Origin: Podarcis cretensis | Taxonomy: Eukaryota | Length of the DNA stretch: 64,000 nt | Direction: 5' to 3' | Assembly (NCBI GenBank): GCA_951804945.1 | Contig: OX638151.1 | Span: forward strand, 55,428,001 to 55,492,000 | Shown: positions 54,201 through 62,846 of the stretch, one piece after another | How positions within the stretch are numbered: the first letter of the stretch is position 1 | Layout: each line of letters starts with the position of its first letter | Notes under the pieces: generated by a model | Seen by the model: the letters and a program-made list of their open reading frames with translations, nothing else | What the model was told of the DNA's origin: nothing | Databases searched by the model: none | Made by a program: the position numbers and the translations under genes

Positions 54201-54998
54201 TTGTTGTCAATATACTTCAATTTCGCCAACCCTTAAAAGTGCTCAAAAGATTCTGTGACCATTTAGAAAAATGTAGTTTTACATTTAGTTATTGGTGTTG
54301 ATTCAAGCAATGTACAATAACAGATGGTAGAAACTTAAATTACAGCTGAAAAGTTCAGTAATACAAGCAGCACAACAATATTTTTAAAATTTAATTGATT
54401 CATTGAATTTACATTCCACCCTTCCTCCCAAAGGAGCCCAGGGTGGCAAACACATCTGCAATTTTAAAAAAGGATTCTAAAACTGGGAAATCATTCTAAA
54501 ATAGTTGCAATTAAAATCATTATTTCATTCAATGATCTCCGGGTTGCCAGAAACAGTATTCTTCACCTGCAAAATGCCTGAGTAAACAAGAATGTTTTCA
54601 AATTCTTCCTGAAAGCTAACACTGACAGGAAAAGATGCACCTCACTAGGAAGGGTATCCCACAAACAGGGAAACACCTCTGAAAACGCCCTGTCATTACA
54701 CAATTTCATTTGTGTGCAGGAACGTAATTCCTACATAAGGGGGGGGGGGGGAGGGACACATAGGGCTGTTGAAATAAACAGGCTTAGATTTGTTGATTTT
54801 AATGGGTCTACTCAGAGTATGACTTCATTGGCTATCACCCAACTTGTATAACTAAGTACCAACTATGTAAATCATAGTATTAATAAGAATAATCTTTCTG
54901 CTTATAAAACGGTGGACAATCAACTAAGAGCAAGCAATCCTTCTGTCATCAATCACATGTAACAAATGATGAATTGCACAGACCTCTCTCTCTTTCTT

Positions 54999-55032
<34 letters not shown>

Positions 55033-57730
55033 AAAGCACAGGGCATTAATCTCAGTATGCTTTTACAGCTACTTACAAAGATAATAATTCTGCAATAGAT
55101 CAATTATTAACACTGTATAAAGTAACTCTCTGGCACAATCAACAAAATTGTTGATAAAAAATATTTTCTCACAATGACTGCCTGATTTTTCAGACCAAGT
55201 TATGCCAGCAAATAGGGAAGTGGTTGCATATTTTACAAGAACCCTGTTGCAAGCATGCCGCTGCTCTTAATTCACTATCTTATGTCTAAAGGCCACTTCC
55301 TGCCCTTCCTCATGTGCCAGCATAGGTTGGAGGCCATTAAAGAAATGAAATGAGAAACAAGCAGACTGTGCACATGTTCTTACGGGTTGTACCCAATGCT
55401 GATCTGTTCCACTTGTGCAAATTAACTTCCCACTCCTCTCCTCTGTAGCCCCCACTAACTCAAAATCTGTTGCGTATAATTGAGAGACCCTCCAAAGCAG
55501 ATTGAGGGGTTGCATGCTTTGTATGCGGAAGATCCCACATCCAATTCAGTCAACAACAACGTCTAACAGACTGACAGCACTCGTTTCTGAAGTTCCCTGT
55601 TGAAATATTGTTCCACTTATGTCATAAGTTTGTGTTGTCTTTGAAGGAATTACCATGGATTGATTGGTCACAGAGGCAATTAACAGAGAACAACAGCTAT
55701 AATTTTGGTTCATCACTGTTAATTTATTCCTGCTCCAAGAGAGTCACAAAATGGGAACATTTATTCCCTTGGCTGTAATCCTGCACCCAAACAAGCCAGT
55801 TTGAATTCCACTGACTTCTATTGATTTATGCAACCCAAGCATGTGCAGGACTGCAGATTTTAACTGGATCAGCTTCAGCATGATTTCAAATTATAGTTAC
55901 CAGCCAAGCACTCAGACTGTCTTTCACCAATAGAAATAAATTCCAGTAAAATGATCTCATATTTTCTTTTCTATACATTTCTGTCTCATTCTCTAGTCTA
56001 GGGCAAAGAAAGCAAAATCTCTGTGCAAAACTATTGGTGAGGCTGTTTTACTGTTTCATTTGAATTCTACAAAATGTTGACATATGGGCATATGAACTTT
56101 CTGTTGTAAGTCCATTACAAATAATTTTTAAAATGGCACTAATAATATATATAATAATCAAACACTTCAGGACTCATTAATACAACAAAAAGCCAAGAGG
56201 GAGTAGTATCTGAATCTGTAATTTAACACAGCATCAGAATCAGTTCAAAAGAAACAGTTACTCTTATTAAGAGTTTACAGCCAAGGTAGAGTGCATTGTA
56301 CTTAGTTAAAATTATTTTTATATTAAATTTGTATAATGCCCTTCATCCATAGAGCCCAAGGCAGTTCACAACACAAAAATACAAGATAAAAAACACAAAC
56401 AAAATACATAATAAATAACCCCTTCACTCCCACATATAAAAGGGTATCATATGGTAATCAGCCTAAGGCCTGGTTGAAGAGGAACATTAATGCCTGGCCC
56501 CTAAAGGCCCCTAAATACTTCTACATTGTATCCAAAGGTAACTGTTATGTGCTCATATATTTACTTACTTACTTACTTATTTACTTACTATTACTTATTT
56601 CAGTTTATACATATCTTGCTAAGAGAACAAAATGTGAAATAAAAATAACAGACCATCAATTTATCTAAACGGCCTCGGTCCAGTATACCTGAAGGAGCGT
56701 CTCCACCCCCATCGTTCTGCCCGGACGCTGAGGTCCAGCGCCGAGGGCCTTCTGGCGGTTCCTTCATTGCGAGAAGCAAAGCTACAGGGAACCAGGCAGA
56801 GGGCCTTCTCGGTCGTGGCGCCTGCCCTGTGGAACGCCCTCCCATCAGATGTCAAAGCGATAAACAACTACCTGACATTCAGAAGACATCTTAAGGCAGC
56901 CCTGTTCAGGGAAGTTTTTAACGTGTGATATTTTACTGTATTTTTGGTTTTTATGGAAGCCGCTACTTTTTAAAAGCATTACCTTCAGCTGGAAATTTCT
57001 TTGATCGCTGCTCAAAGAACCACTCGCCTGCTTTCACTTTAAGTTCCCTGCAAAACAAATATTTGAACCTTTTACTGAAGGATTTTCAAAATCACCTGTA
57101 GGCTCATCACAAAAACTCCATCATTACAGCATTGGAACCTCAACTGTTACATAACCCAGAAGGACATTCCAGATTATGCACAAGAATAGAAAACCCATAG
57201 AATTTGGTACTGGGCATAGAATTCAACTTTCTGAAAATCTTAGCTTTCATTTTCATTTTTTTAATTAAGTGAAAAAGACCTATGTAGTTCTAGACTTCAA
57301 ATATACACTACATTACAGGAAAACAACTCCCATCCTACTGAAGGTGCATGCAAAGGAGTCCCATGGCTCTGACTACCAAGTGTTGTGTGTTAATTCCACA
57401 ACAATATTTCCAGTGTGCCCGCTGTGTGAACCTCCTTAGACACTGCCTTGTCGCACGGAGAGGGGAGGTGAGCCCAAAATTTGATGCCCCCCTACCTAGT
57501 CCTTCCACTACCTTCCCAAACCTGGATAAGTAAGGTGCTGCGGCCAGGCTTTGGGAAGGATATAAGGCTCTGGCAGAGTTCTAGAGCCCTCCCACCTCCT
57601 TCCCAAAGCTGGGGAAGCGCTAACTAAGCTTTGGTAAGGTGGAGAGACCCTGACAGAGCCCTCAGGTATCCTTCCCAAAGTCCAGCACTTTGCTTACCCA
57701 GCTTTGGGAAGGTGGTGGGAGGGCTGCTGT

Positions 57731-57767
<37 letters not shown>

Positions 57768-59091
57768 TGTTGCCAAGGGCCTCCAAAAAAGCCCTGGAGG
57801 GCTGCTTGTGGTCCTCTGGCCAGGCATTGGATCACACTGTCCTACTCCCCACCAAAGTATATGCTGCCTCTGTCTCCTTCTTCCTTGATAGCAGAGGGCT
57901 GCTGTGAAACTCCTACAGACCTGATCCTCATGACCAATGCAACTAAGGCATAAACACCCACAACGCAAATATTACTGAGCAGTTGCTCTAGAATTTCTCA
58001 CTCATGAGCGTAGCAGACAGTGCATTTCCACAGGTAGCGATTCAAAGTGATGCGACATCTGGAGCATACTTGGTGACTGCACCCATTGCACACTGCACCT
58101 CTGTTGATTAGCACTCCAAGAGGTTTTTGACAGCGGGCACAAGACTTATATTCCAGGTTTGTGTTTTTTGTCCCTTTCCATCGAAGTTCCTGCAGCTGCA
58201 GCTTCAGTTTCCTGTTCTCAGCCAGAAAAAATAAATAAATATGCAAACGTTTTATCAGGTGGGAGTGAAAAAAATGTACAATTATTCACACTTATTCTCT
58301 AAGTAGCTGCATGAATTCACTTTCATTAATAATATGCTGTAATTTGAATAGCCAATGTAAACCAAAAACAAGAGGTTAACCTGTAATTTCACCTTCCACC
58401 ACATTTAAACAATACCATGCTGAAATAACTGGCTGACCTATGGAGATGAGTGAGTGCGACTTCCTTCTGTGTTGCTTTCCTAGATAACTACCTTAATTTT
58501 AAAAAGGGGGTTGGAGGAATTTACTAGTGAACCTTCCTACCATACTGAAACATCATAATTGCTTTCCAAATCTTGCTAAGAGCCCTTGGCAGGAACTTGG
58601 AAAAACTCTAGCAGGTTGACTTTATGTGCTTGCTGTGAAAGATACATCTGAATTAGACTGGAATATAGGCTCACATTTTAATGCCAGTATCATATGAATG
58701 CTGGGGGGGGGGGAGCTGCATGCATGAGGAGCATGCACAATAATCACCCATCTGAAAACACCCTTAGTGCAAGGAGTAGGGAATATACAAAACTATTGTA
58801 AGAATAGTCATGACAAAGCCATTCAAAACATTTCTTCCTGCAAAGTATTTAATATAGAATTTAATCAGTAGAATGGTCTAACAAAGAAGCTGAGAAAAGG
58901 ACATTAGCAAAGAATAGATGATAAGAAGAAAATAAAACAGGGAGATGCAATGGCACGCTGTATCCAAAAATGGCCACATACCTTATTCGTTCTTCATCCA
59001 CCTTCCTCAACATCTGATCACGGTTCAGGACATCTAAAACAACTTGTCGTTCCAATCCCTTTAGTACACTGAGGTCAAGTTCCTGAGTCAT
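22397..59091 (-). CDS. SYTL3: Synaptotagmin-like protein 3 (Slp3), complete spliced CDS, 15 exons, 613 aa
   Basis: Exons join in frame (1842 nt). N-terminal Slp-homology/Rab27-binding domain with Zn finger and AGEWFF, tandem C2A/C2B domains, C-terminal [15 protein letters not shown]. Synteny with EZR. Confidence 0.95.
22923..23147. mobile_element. Tc1/mariner MITE (second family, variant)
   Basis: TIR CAGTGGTACC(T/C)CGGGTTA, left TA. Confidence 0.82.
25357..26373 (+). CDS. L1 ORF1p (coiled coil + RRM + CTD), intact, 338 aa
   Basis: Heptad coiled coil, [33 protein letters not shown] motifs; 14-nt spacer before ORF2. Confidence 0.92.
   Translation: MSGTGRQTRAARGKRQTTLTLLSQPRRSSVPDVLELEESEQLLEEDMASGGSASVLDRILEKLEGLDKKVDEQTAKIDQTRDCVNKLTEQVTLNAQAIGKLTESTVENRKLAEEAIQKTEALEQEVRPLHKQVGEQQAYLSMTELRARENNLKLRFIPELEPEQGNLIEFLTKEFSNWWPLEEEKDFKIVTAFRLGKSTRKDKPRDCLITLRSKEERDKILGLHYGKSLEILDKRAEIYKDIPKQLLDLRSTYLKLVRLLRSNSIIFRWEFPQGLSFTFRGKKVKIKTAEDGDKFLNSYGEDLQKGIAEPSGAGPSPVSIPTPLGSEDQNKKTPPPGQ
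27754..28156. mobile_element. 403-bp solo-LTR-like insertion inside L1 ORF2
   Basis: TGT...ACA termini, imperfect terminal inverted repeat (TGTCAGGGA / TGTGATGGGA), 5-bp TSD TGAAG (27749-27753 / 28157-28161); removing it restores the ORF2 frame. Confidence 0.85.
28995..29819 (+). mobile_element. 5'-truncated L1 of a sister family nested in host L1 ORF2
   Basis: 22-bp TSD TAAACTTAACAAGCAAAAAACT (28973-28994 / 29820-29841); ORF2 C-terminus 29042-29521; own 3'UTR, AATAAA and poly-A. Confidence 0.95.
33256..33461 (-). CDS. SYTL3: SYTL3 exon, C2B ([19 protein letters not shown]...FLGGARLGK)
   Basis: aag|C...C|gtaagt, 206 nt. Confidence 0.93.
33949..34196 (+). mobile_element. Sauria-type SINE, 5'-truncated
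   Basis: Matches body and tail of the 18395 copy; 12-bp TSD TAAGGAACCTTC. Confidence 0.88.
35773..35881 (-). CDS. SYTL3: SYTL3 exon, C2B ([36 protein letters not shown])
   Basis: cag|GG...GG|gtatgg, 109 nt. Confidence 0.94.
36918..37014 (-). CDS. SYTL3: SYTL3 exon ([32 protein letters not shown])
   Basis: tag|CCC...G|gtgagc, 97 nt; alternative in-frame donor would end the exon at 36888. Confidence 0.88.
37297..38954 (+). mobile_element. Penelope-like element (Neptune-type), 5'-truncated, with inverted pLTR piece at the 5' end
   Basis: RT ([21 protein letters not shown]), Cys-rich linker [15 protein letters not shown] (VYAIKC..C...YIGQTG); one stop at 38139-38141; 37336-37389 is the reverse complement of the 3' end; 13-bp duplication TTTTCTTTTTGTT (37284-37296 / 38955-38967). 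Confidence 0.93.
38859..38896 (+). ncRNA. Minimal type-I hammerhead ribozyme in the PLE pLTR
   Basis: GTAT-CTGAAGA-A-GTGTGCATGCACAT-GAAA-GC-TC-ATAC: core boxes CUGANGA/GAAA/UH, stem I GTAT:ATAC, palindromic AGCU stem III. Confidence 0.85.
39147..39200 (+). repeat. Compound (TC)n(TG)n microsatellite; others near 12278 (TTA), 34625 (CA), 43998 (TG), 54985 (TC/TA), 57732 (TG)
   Basis: Direct reading. Confidence 0.9.
39243..39413 (-). CDS. SYTL3: SYTL3 exon, C2A end ([19 protein letters not shown]...WYQLKAK)
   Basis: cag|TAC...AAG|gtgact, 171 nt. Confidence 0.95.
40125..40925 (+). mobile_element. Degenerate L2-clade LINE fragment
   Basis: YTDDTQ-like RT remnant; LQLVQNA...HITPVL..L.WLPI motif. 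Confidence 0.8.
40446..40549 (+). repeat. Perfect 4 x 26-bp tandem repeat
   Basis: CAAGATAGCTTAGCCACACAGTGGCC x4. Confidence 0.95.
41253..41355 (-). CDS. SYTL3: SYTL3 exon, C2A ([34 protein letters not shown])
   Basis: aag|G...AAG|gtacac, 103 nt. Confidence 0.94.
41905..42048 (+). mobile_element. Short SINE: tRNA-Lys-like head + CR1 3' tail
   Basis: GACTCTTAATCTCAGGGTTGTGGGTTC; GGTCCCTTCCAACTCTACAATTCTGTGATTCTA. Confidence 0.75.
42823..43097 (+). mobile_element. Sauria-type SINE with internal 3' deletions
   Basis: Same head and body; 12-bp TSD TATGTAAACTAT. Confidence 0.88.
43466..43644 (-). CDS. SYTL3: SYTL3 exon, C2A start ([12 protein letters not shown]...[17 protein letters not shown])
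   Basis: cag|GGT...CC|gtaagt, 179 nt. Confidence 0.95.
44178..44315 (-). CDS. SYTL3: SYTL3 exon ([13 protein letters not shown]...LFSSGKLS)
   Basis: cag|GTA...AGT|gtaagt, 138 nt, open and phase-compatible linker exon. Confidence 0.85.
44814..44941 (-). CDS. SYTL3: SYTL3 exon ([12 protein letters not shown]...[15 protein letters not shown])
   Basis: tag|AA...AGG|gtattc, 128 nt. Confidence 0.93.
46332..46475. mobile_element. hAT-type MITE
   Basis: TIR CAGTG(T/C)TTTTT; perfect 8-bp TSD GTCACATT. Confidence 0.85.
46809..47056 (-). mobile_element. Sauria-type SINE, 5'-truncated, diverged
   Basis: (AAAGGT)n tail and GCGGTACCTATTTATCTACTTGC, reverse complement of the SINE body. Confidence 0.82.
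47119..47294 (+). mobile_element. Fold-back remnant made only of the PLE pLTR end
   Basis: About 60-bp inverted repeat matching the 38885-38954 region; 13-bp TSD TAGGCACAACTAA (47106-47118 / 47295-47307). Confidence 0.9.
48293..48365 (-). CDS. SYTL3: SYTL3 exon ([24 protein letters not shown])
   Basis: cag|GAA...A|gtaagt, 73 nt. Confidence 0.92.
48665..48845 (+). mobile_element. tRNA-derived SINE with CR1-like tail (Squam3-like); older copy at about 18070-18232
   Basis: TGGTAGA.CATCTGCTTTGCA head; GCAGCTTCCTATGTTC tail. Confidence 0.72.
49370..49497. mobile_element. Palindromic non-autonomous DNA transposon
   Basis: Near-perfect hairpin CAGGGTTTCCCATACTTGGGTC...GACCCAAGTATGGGAAACCCTG; no TSD seen. 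Confidence 0.75.
50237..50303 (-). CDS. SYTL3: SYTL3 exon ([22 protein letters not shown])
   Basis: cag|T...GTG|gtaatg, 67 nt. Confidence 0.92.
50520..51791 (+). mobile_element. Old degenerate L1 3' remnant, interrupted by the SINE; boundaries approximate
   Basis: A-rich strand, WKEF-like ORF2 end near 51390, GGAAGTC motif, T-rich 3'UTR and AATAAAAAAA. Confidence 0.5.
51010..51289 (-). mobile_element. tRNA-derived SINE with (CTT/CCT)n tail
   Basis: Head GCCAGTGTGGTGTAGTGGTTAAGAGC on -; older relative at about 53630-53830. Confidence 0.8.
51832..52175. mobile_element. Related Tc1/mariner MITE, opposite orientation, with internal microrepeat
   Basis: Same TIR, TA TSD; ORF track gives near-identical peptides ([11 protein letters not shown]...) for both copies. 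Confidence 0.9.
53548..53596 (-). mobile_element. Short PLE pLTR fragment
   Basis: TCCTTCCAGTAGCACTTTAGAGACCAACT matches the pLTR arms at 37353 and 47131. Confidence 0.75.
54049..54103 (-). CDS. SYTL3: SYTL3 exon ([17 protein letters not shown])
   Basis: cag|GT...AG|gtaagg, 55 nt. Confidence 0.9.
56664..56963 (+). mobile_element. Young L2-clade LINE 3' fragment
   Basis: CpG-rich; translates [13 protein letters not shown]...[15 protein letters not shown]. Confidence 0.82.
56983..57047 (-). CDS. SYTL3: SYTL3 exon ([21 protein letters not shown])
   Basis: cag|G...G|gtaatg, 65 nt; SHD2 GEWF motif. Confidence 0.94.
58002..58211 (-). CDS. SYTL3: SYTL3 exon, Zn finger (CARC...CNGC...CSRC...CTVC)
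   Basis: cag|G...GA|gtgaga, 210 nt. Confidence 0.95.
58982..59091 (-). CDS. SYTL3: SYTL3 first coding exon ([37 protein letters not shown])
   Basis: ATG at 59091; donor AG|gtatgt; 110 nt; SHD1 motif. Confidence 0.95.
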
Positions 59092-60767
59092 TTTCTCTTC
59101 TGATTCTTAGAAGGTTTTTGTTTGTCTGTCTGTTTGTTTGTTTTGTTTTTTAAAGAATTTTAATCTTCTTCAGCACCCCCACCAAGTAAAGTTGGAGCTT
59201 AAAGCTAGGGGCAGGGTTCAGCAACCAAAAGATCTATGAGTCCCTTTAACTGCTTGCATACATCTTTCATCAGAGATACATTTGAATTGTGTCATAAGGT
59301 GGAAGGGAGAGGAAAAGAATCCTTTTCCATATACGCCATAATTTTCAGTCTCATCACCCGCTGAAGGCACTTTCTTTGCTGGATGAAGGCAGTTTATCGT
59401 CTTGTATAAATAAAATGACTTCAGGCTCCCAATTTGCTGCTGGTAGTTTCTAAACTGATAAAAACGAGAGAGGTTTGGCTTAGATCCACCATTCTGCAAA
59501 GAAAATTGGGGTATGATTCAAGCTGATAGGCAGCAGCAGGTATAAGGGGGAGAAACTCCACCTCCATTGCTTTAAATTCACAAATTTCCTATTAGGAAAT
59601 TAGGATTACATTTCTTAGGAATGCAGAAAAAGAACAACCTACTTCTCCTTTCTTATTCTGCAGTAGATCACTATCTCCTACTTTTCCTGAAAAACAAAAG
59701 CTACATCCTGTCAGCATATCGTTTCATAGTATGCTTGGGCCATATTTGAGCTATGAAATATGATTCATCATCTTTCAAACAGCCTCATTACAATAAGCAC
59801 GATGGCCCACCAGCATGTTACTTACCCTGGTGTAAAAAGGCCTTTATAAAAGCCATTTTGCTTATGTGGATTGTGCAAAAGATAATGAAAAATGAGAATA
59901 ACAATAATCCAAATAATAAAAGGTGTCACGAAATTCAGTTGATTGCCTCCAAGTCAACCACAAAGATAAATGTGCCTTAATTGGAATCCGATGCCCTCTG
60001 ACTGCTAGCTGTTGAACCTTTTATCCCATGGAAGTAAAACTAGTATGGTGTGAAGGCGAGATGTTCTAAAGTAAGTCTTTACTACCAATCAATTATTTAT
60101 AAGCTTTAATAGCTAATGGGCCTGCCATCTGAATCGTGTCTAGTTTGTGTCTGTTGAGGCAGATAAAAAGGTCTTGCAAAAAACAGTGCGGTTATCACTG
60201 AGACAACACACATCCCTCACAAATCTAGAAGATGTTTCAGGCATTATGCACCAATACCAGCTTATGGTTTCACTTTGTGCAGACACTAAATGAACAGGAA
60301 AACTCATATGGACATATAGATGAATGACACAGTCAAAAACCAGAAGGACTTTAAACAAGAACCTAAGGCAGTTGTGAATGGATTTTGGAGAGACTGTGTC
60401 CCACTCTCACTTGCCCCAAATGAGTGAAAAATAGATAGCAACTGACTGAAAGGCAACTCACCTGATGTTCTGCTATTGTTTAAGGTCTTTGTAGGGAGTC
60501 CTTCCTTACAAAGTCAGAGGAGGCACAAGAATTTAGGAGTAGGATGTGGGAGGGATCAGGTGCATTGGGTCTGACAAAAGCAGATTATGGCCCTGCCTCC
60601 ATGCAAGTTAATTTAAACTAGATAGTTCCTTGCCTTGATTGATGCTGGCACTGAGGGCCAAACAAGGCAGAGCACTTACTTTCTGCAGTTGGGAGGGGGA
60701 TATTAGTTTACTCCCAATGTCAAAAAAGCATATTAAAACATGTTGCAAAATTAAGCAAATATTCTAC

Positions 60768-62530
60768 TGATACGGAAGGAAGGGGGGGCACCTTTCCTCA
60801 CCTCCTCCTCTTTGAAAGGGGGCCCGAGGCGATGACCTCGACGGCGCCCAGCTCCTGAAACCTCACACTGCTGCACAAGCACCACACTATACCCCTTAAC
60901 TTTATAAAATTATATTCTTCCCTCCGGACTCCATGATGCTACCCTCAGCACCATAATCCTCGAACCGACAGGTCACGTACACAGGAAAACCTTAATCCTG
61001 TCAGATGGTCCAGTCAAGCCCTTCCTCCGGGCAATGCTAGGTGACGGGCGATGCATATCTGTGCCACTGTCTTGCCATCACCTGTACTCAGGAAACGTTT
61101 ATGCATATCTCTTTACTCTATGCAACCCCCACTTTACTGAAGTGCTAATCTATGCAACCCCTACCTTACTGAAGTGATGATCTATGCAACCCCTACCTTA
61201 CTGAAGTGCTGATCTGCGCGACCCCTACCTTACTGAAGTAATGATCTGTGTAAACCCCCACCCACTTTCCTGAAGTGCTGATCTGTGTAATCCCACCTCT
61301 TGTGATGTATTCGTGACGTTTTCTGCACTGTATTCTGGGACATGGAGGGAGTTTCAAAAACTCATGTCACCCCTTTCTCACTGTTCAATCTCGCCTTGAA
61401 CCTGTTGCGCAATAAACTTGGATCTTCTGCTGTTTGCTCCTGTCTCCGGCTGAGCTCATTTTCTTCCGCAGGGACCCACGGACTTAGTCCGATGAGCTGG
61501 GTGGCAGAGCAGCCCCGCACCCAGATTTTGCCGTAACTGTTGGCGCCCGAACGTGGGGCATGCGGTTCTCCCGCGTTGCTGACCGGGGCCCCCGAAATCT
61601 TCAGCTGGCACCAGGCCATTTTGCCTGGGAAGATCCTTTGGACCCCCGGCCATCTTCCGGGTGGTAATCGAAAGCCCCAGGAGTTCAGCCGGGGAGCAAA
61701 GAGGGATCCAGCCGGCTTATTCATCGATCCCGGGATCATCATAGAAGACGCGTGAGTATAAGGAAAAGGAAAATCCAGTGCACTGGTGGGAAAGGGGTGG
61801 AAATCTCCTGGCAACTGAATTCTCTGCCCTCCTCTCTATCGCTCCTTCTCACCTGTCTCTTGGTCCAATTGGTGAGAGAGACCGTGGACTGCTGCTCGAC
61901 CCAAAAGGAGGTTCTGAGCTCTATCTCTTTCTCCTCTCAAACCCTCCAGTCAGCTGCACCAATTGGGGGTCCGAAAATAAGACGGAGAGACCCGGCTTGA
62001 AAAGATAGCTGACTCCCCGCAACGGACTCTCTCAGTTGACAGCAAGGGTCTGGAATTCTTTTCCGAACTTCCCGAGCGCCCTTACGGAGGGGGCAGGAAG
62101 GGGTCTGGCTTTCTATCAATCAATCCCAGCCGCACTGGTCGGTGCCACGTAACACGTGTAGCGTGCGTGAGCCCGCTTCCAAAAGCAAGGGGGATTTTCG
62201 GTTCAAAACTCTATCCAGGGATCACCCGATCTGGCACCGCACGGCGCGGGCGTTCAGTAGGGCCTCTTTTCCTGAGATTGTGGCGATAGGTAGGAGGTTG
62301 CCAGGAGGGATAGCCCATGAGGAATTGGGCAGGATCGGCAGAGTGGAAAAGGACCCCAGGTTATTGACTAAGGAAATAGGAAGGAAATATAAGGAACCGC
62401 ATAGCTAGAGCTCTTTAAAAACCCACTAAGGAAGTCGCCAAGCGACGAAAGACCCCTCTTTACTATAGCCCCCTGTACAAGTTACCCAAATCCTAATCAA
62501 CCCCTCTCCTTCTCCCTTCTCTATCCCCCC
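60768..62530 (+). mobile_element. Endogenous retrovirus fragment: 5' LTR (60768-61538) + tRNA-Lys PBS + leader; right boundary approximate
   Basis: LTR termini TGATACGG...CCGTAAC(T); AATAAA 61411-61416; PBS TGGCGCCCGAACGTGGGGC 61541-61559; donor-like GTGAGT at 61752; CpG-rich; no 3' LTR, pol or env seen. Confidence 0.8.
61117..61294 (+). repeat. About 5.5 copies of a 32-bp tandem repeat in LTR U3
   Basis: Unit TCTATGCAACCCCTACCTTACTGAAGTG(A/C)TGA. Confidence 0.9.
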
Positions 62531-62739
62531 CCCAAAAGAAAACAACAACAAAAGCAACAACAACAATGCATGCTTATATAAAGGGGTACCCAGTCAACTA
62601 AGCATTGTGAGCCCTGCCAGTTTGGTTAACTGGTGGTGTTTGAAGAGGCAAGGAGGCTCTTAAAACCATGTGGGACCTTCCTACTAATTTCACTTAAATG
62701 AAGCTAAAGGAAGCAGCCCAACTCCTTGCAATAACCAAC

Positions 62740-62846
62740 TAAAGGATGAGAGTATATATGTTTACATGTTGTCTGTTATGTGTGTTGTGTGTTAATACAT
62801 ATATGAGAATATGTATGTTTACATGTTGTCTGTTATGTGTGTTGTC
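62740..62846 (+). repeat. 60-bp-period tandem duplication
   Basis: TATGTTTACATGTTGTCTGTTATGTGTGTTGT twice. Confidence 0.85.

Noticed and set aside
57470-57730. Repeated CCCAAAGCTGGG(T/G)AAG inverted motifs
   Set aside because: Probably a decayed DNA-transposon remnant; no termini or TSD could be defined.
62142-62408. Possible gag ORF after the PBS
   Set aside because: No myristoylation start, major homology region or CCHC motif; short and lacks an ATG start.
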